DNA of 64,000 bases from the NCBI GenBank assembly GCA_964430855.1, contig CAYSHC010000002.1, positions 2,376 through 66,375 on the forward strand, given 5' to 3'. The position numbers and the translations under genes are program-made. The stretch comes from an uncultured Vicinamibacteraceae bacterium. Lineage in GTDB: Bacteria > Acidobacteriota > Vicinamibacteria > Vicinamibacterales > Vicinamibacteraceae. Below, piece after piece: positions 63,748-64,000 of this stretch. The notes beneath the pieces were generated by a model. The model did not search any database and was not told where the DNA came from. It saw only the letters and a list, made by a program, of their open reading frames with translations. Positions within the stretch are counted from its first letter, which is position 1. The number at the start of each line of letters is the position of its first letter.

Positions 63748-64000
63748 GTGAGTGACGCGACGCGGATCCGCAGTGCGTCCGAACAGGTCTCGGAGCTGAC
63801 GACCGCTCGCCTGTCGGTGTATCTGCGCTGCCTCGAGGCCCTCGACGCGCGGGGGGTCAACACCATCTCCTCGCAGGGGCTCGAGACCGAGTTCGGCCTG
63901 AACGCGGCGCAGATCCGGAAGGACCTCGCGCATTTCGGCGAGTTCGGGATCCGCGGCGTCGGTTACTACGTCAAGGACCTCAAGCGCCACCTGCGCCAGA
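63748..64000 (+). CDS. rex: redox-sensing transcriptional repressor Rex, N-terminal part; continues beyond the window
   Basis: GTG at 63748. ARLSVYLRCLEAL...ISSQGLETEFGLNAAQIRKDLAHFGEFGIRGVGYYV is the Rex winged-helix signature. Confidence 0.85.
   Translation, partial: MSDATRIRSASEQVSELTTARLSVYLRCLEALDARGVNTISSQGLETEFGLNAAQIRKDLAHFGEFGIRGVGYYVKDLKRHLRQ

Overview
About 70% GC bacterial chromosomal DNA. The gene content looks Acidobacteriota-like: a CarboxypepD_reg-type TonB receptor, an orphan MacB/FtsX permease and many Tat- or Sec-exported enzymes. This taxonomic guess is inference only. The window is densely coding, with about 55 CDS and one tRNA-Leu(CAA). I saw no rRNA, CRISPR array, transposase, integrase or phage genes. 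Many long ORFs in the six-frame track are antisense, Arg/Pro/Ala-rich high-GC artefacts, and I did not call them. Recognisable housekeeping genes include ppc, yggX, tag, ispG, ldhA, gltS, cls, plsC, carD, rex (partial), ndh-type NDH-2, a POT peptide transporter, tamA/tamB, a DEAD-box helicase, a CDF transporter and a Mo-bisMGD oxidoreductase. Three regions stand out. (1) 32.8-37.9 kb holds two tandem paralogous secreted proteins. Each has a signal peptide, an FN3 domain, IPT/TIG domains (5 copies versus 1) and a C-terminal fourfold repeat of about 108 aa that I cannot assign to any characterised family. The first gene follows a good sigma54-type -24/-12 match. (2) 16.2-21.3 kb holds four overlap-coupled genes: three paralogous HlyD-type periplasmic adaptors and one MacB-type permease. 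No ATPase or outer-membrane factor is present in the window. (3) Several gene pairs overlap by 4 nt in unexpected combinations: PilZ with ispG, an RRM protein with the DEAD-box helicase, cls with a DUF45 metalloprotease, and a GH13 phosphorylase with a DsbD-N-like exported domain. All functional calls come from motif recognition by eye. No database search was run.
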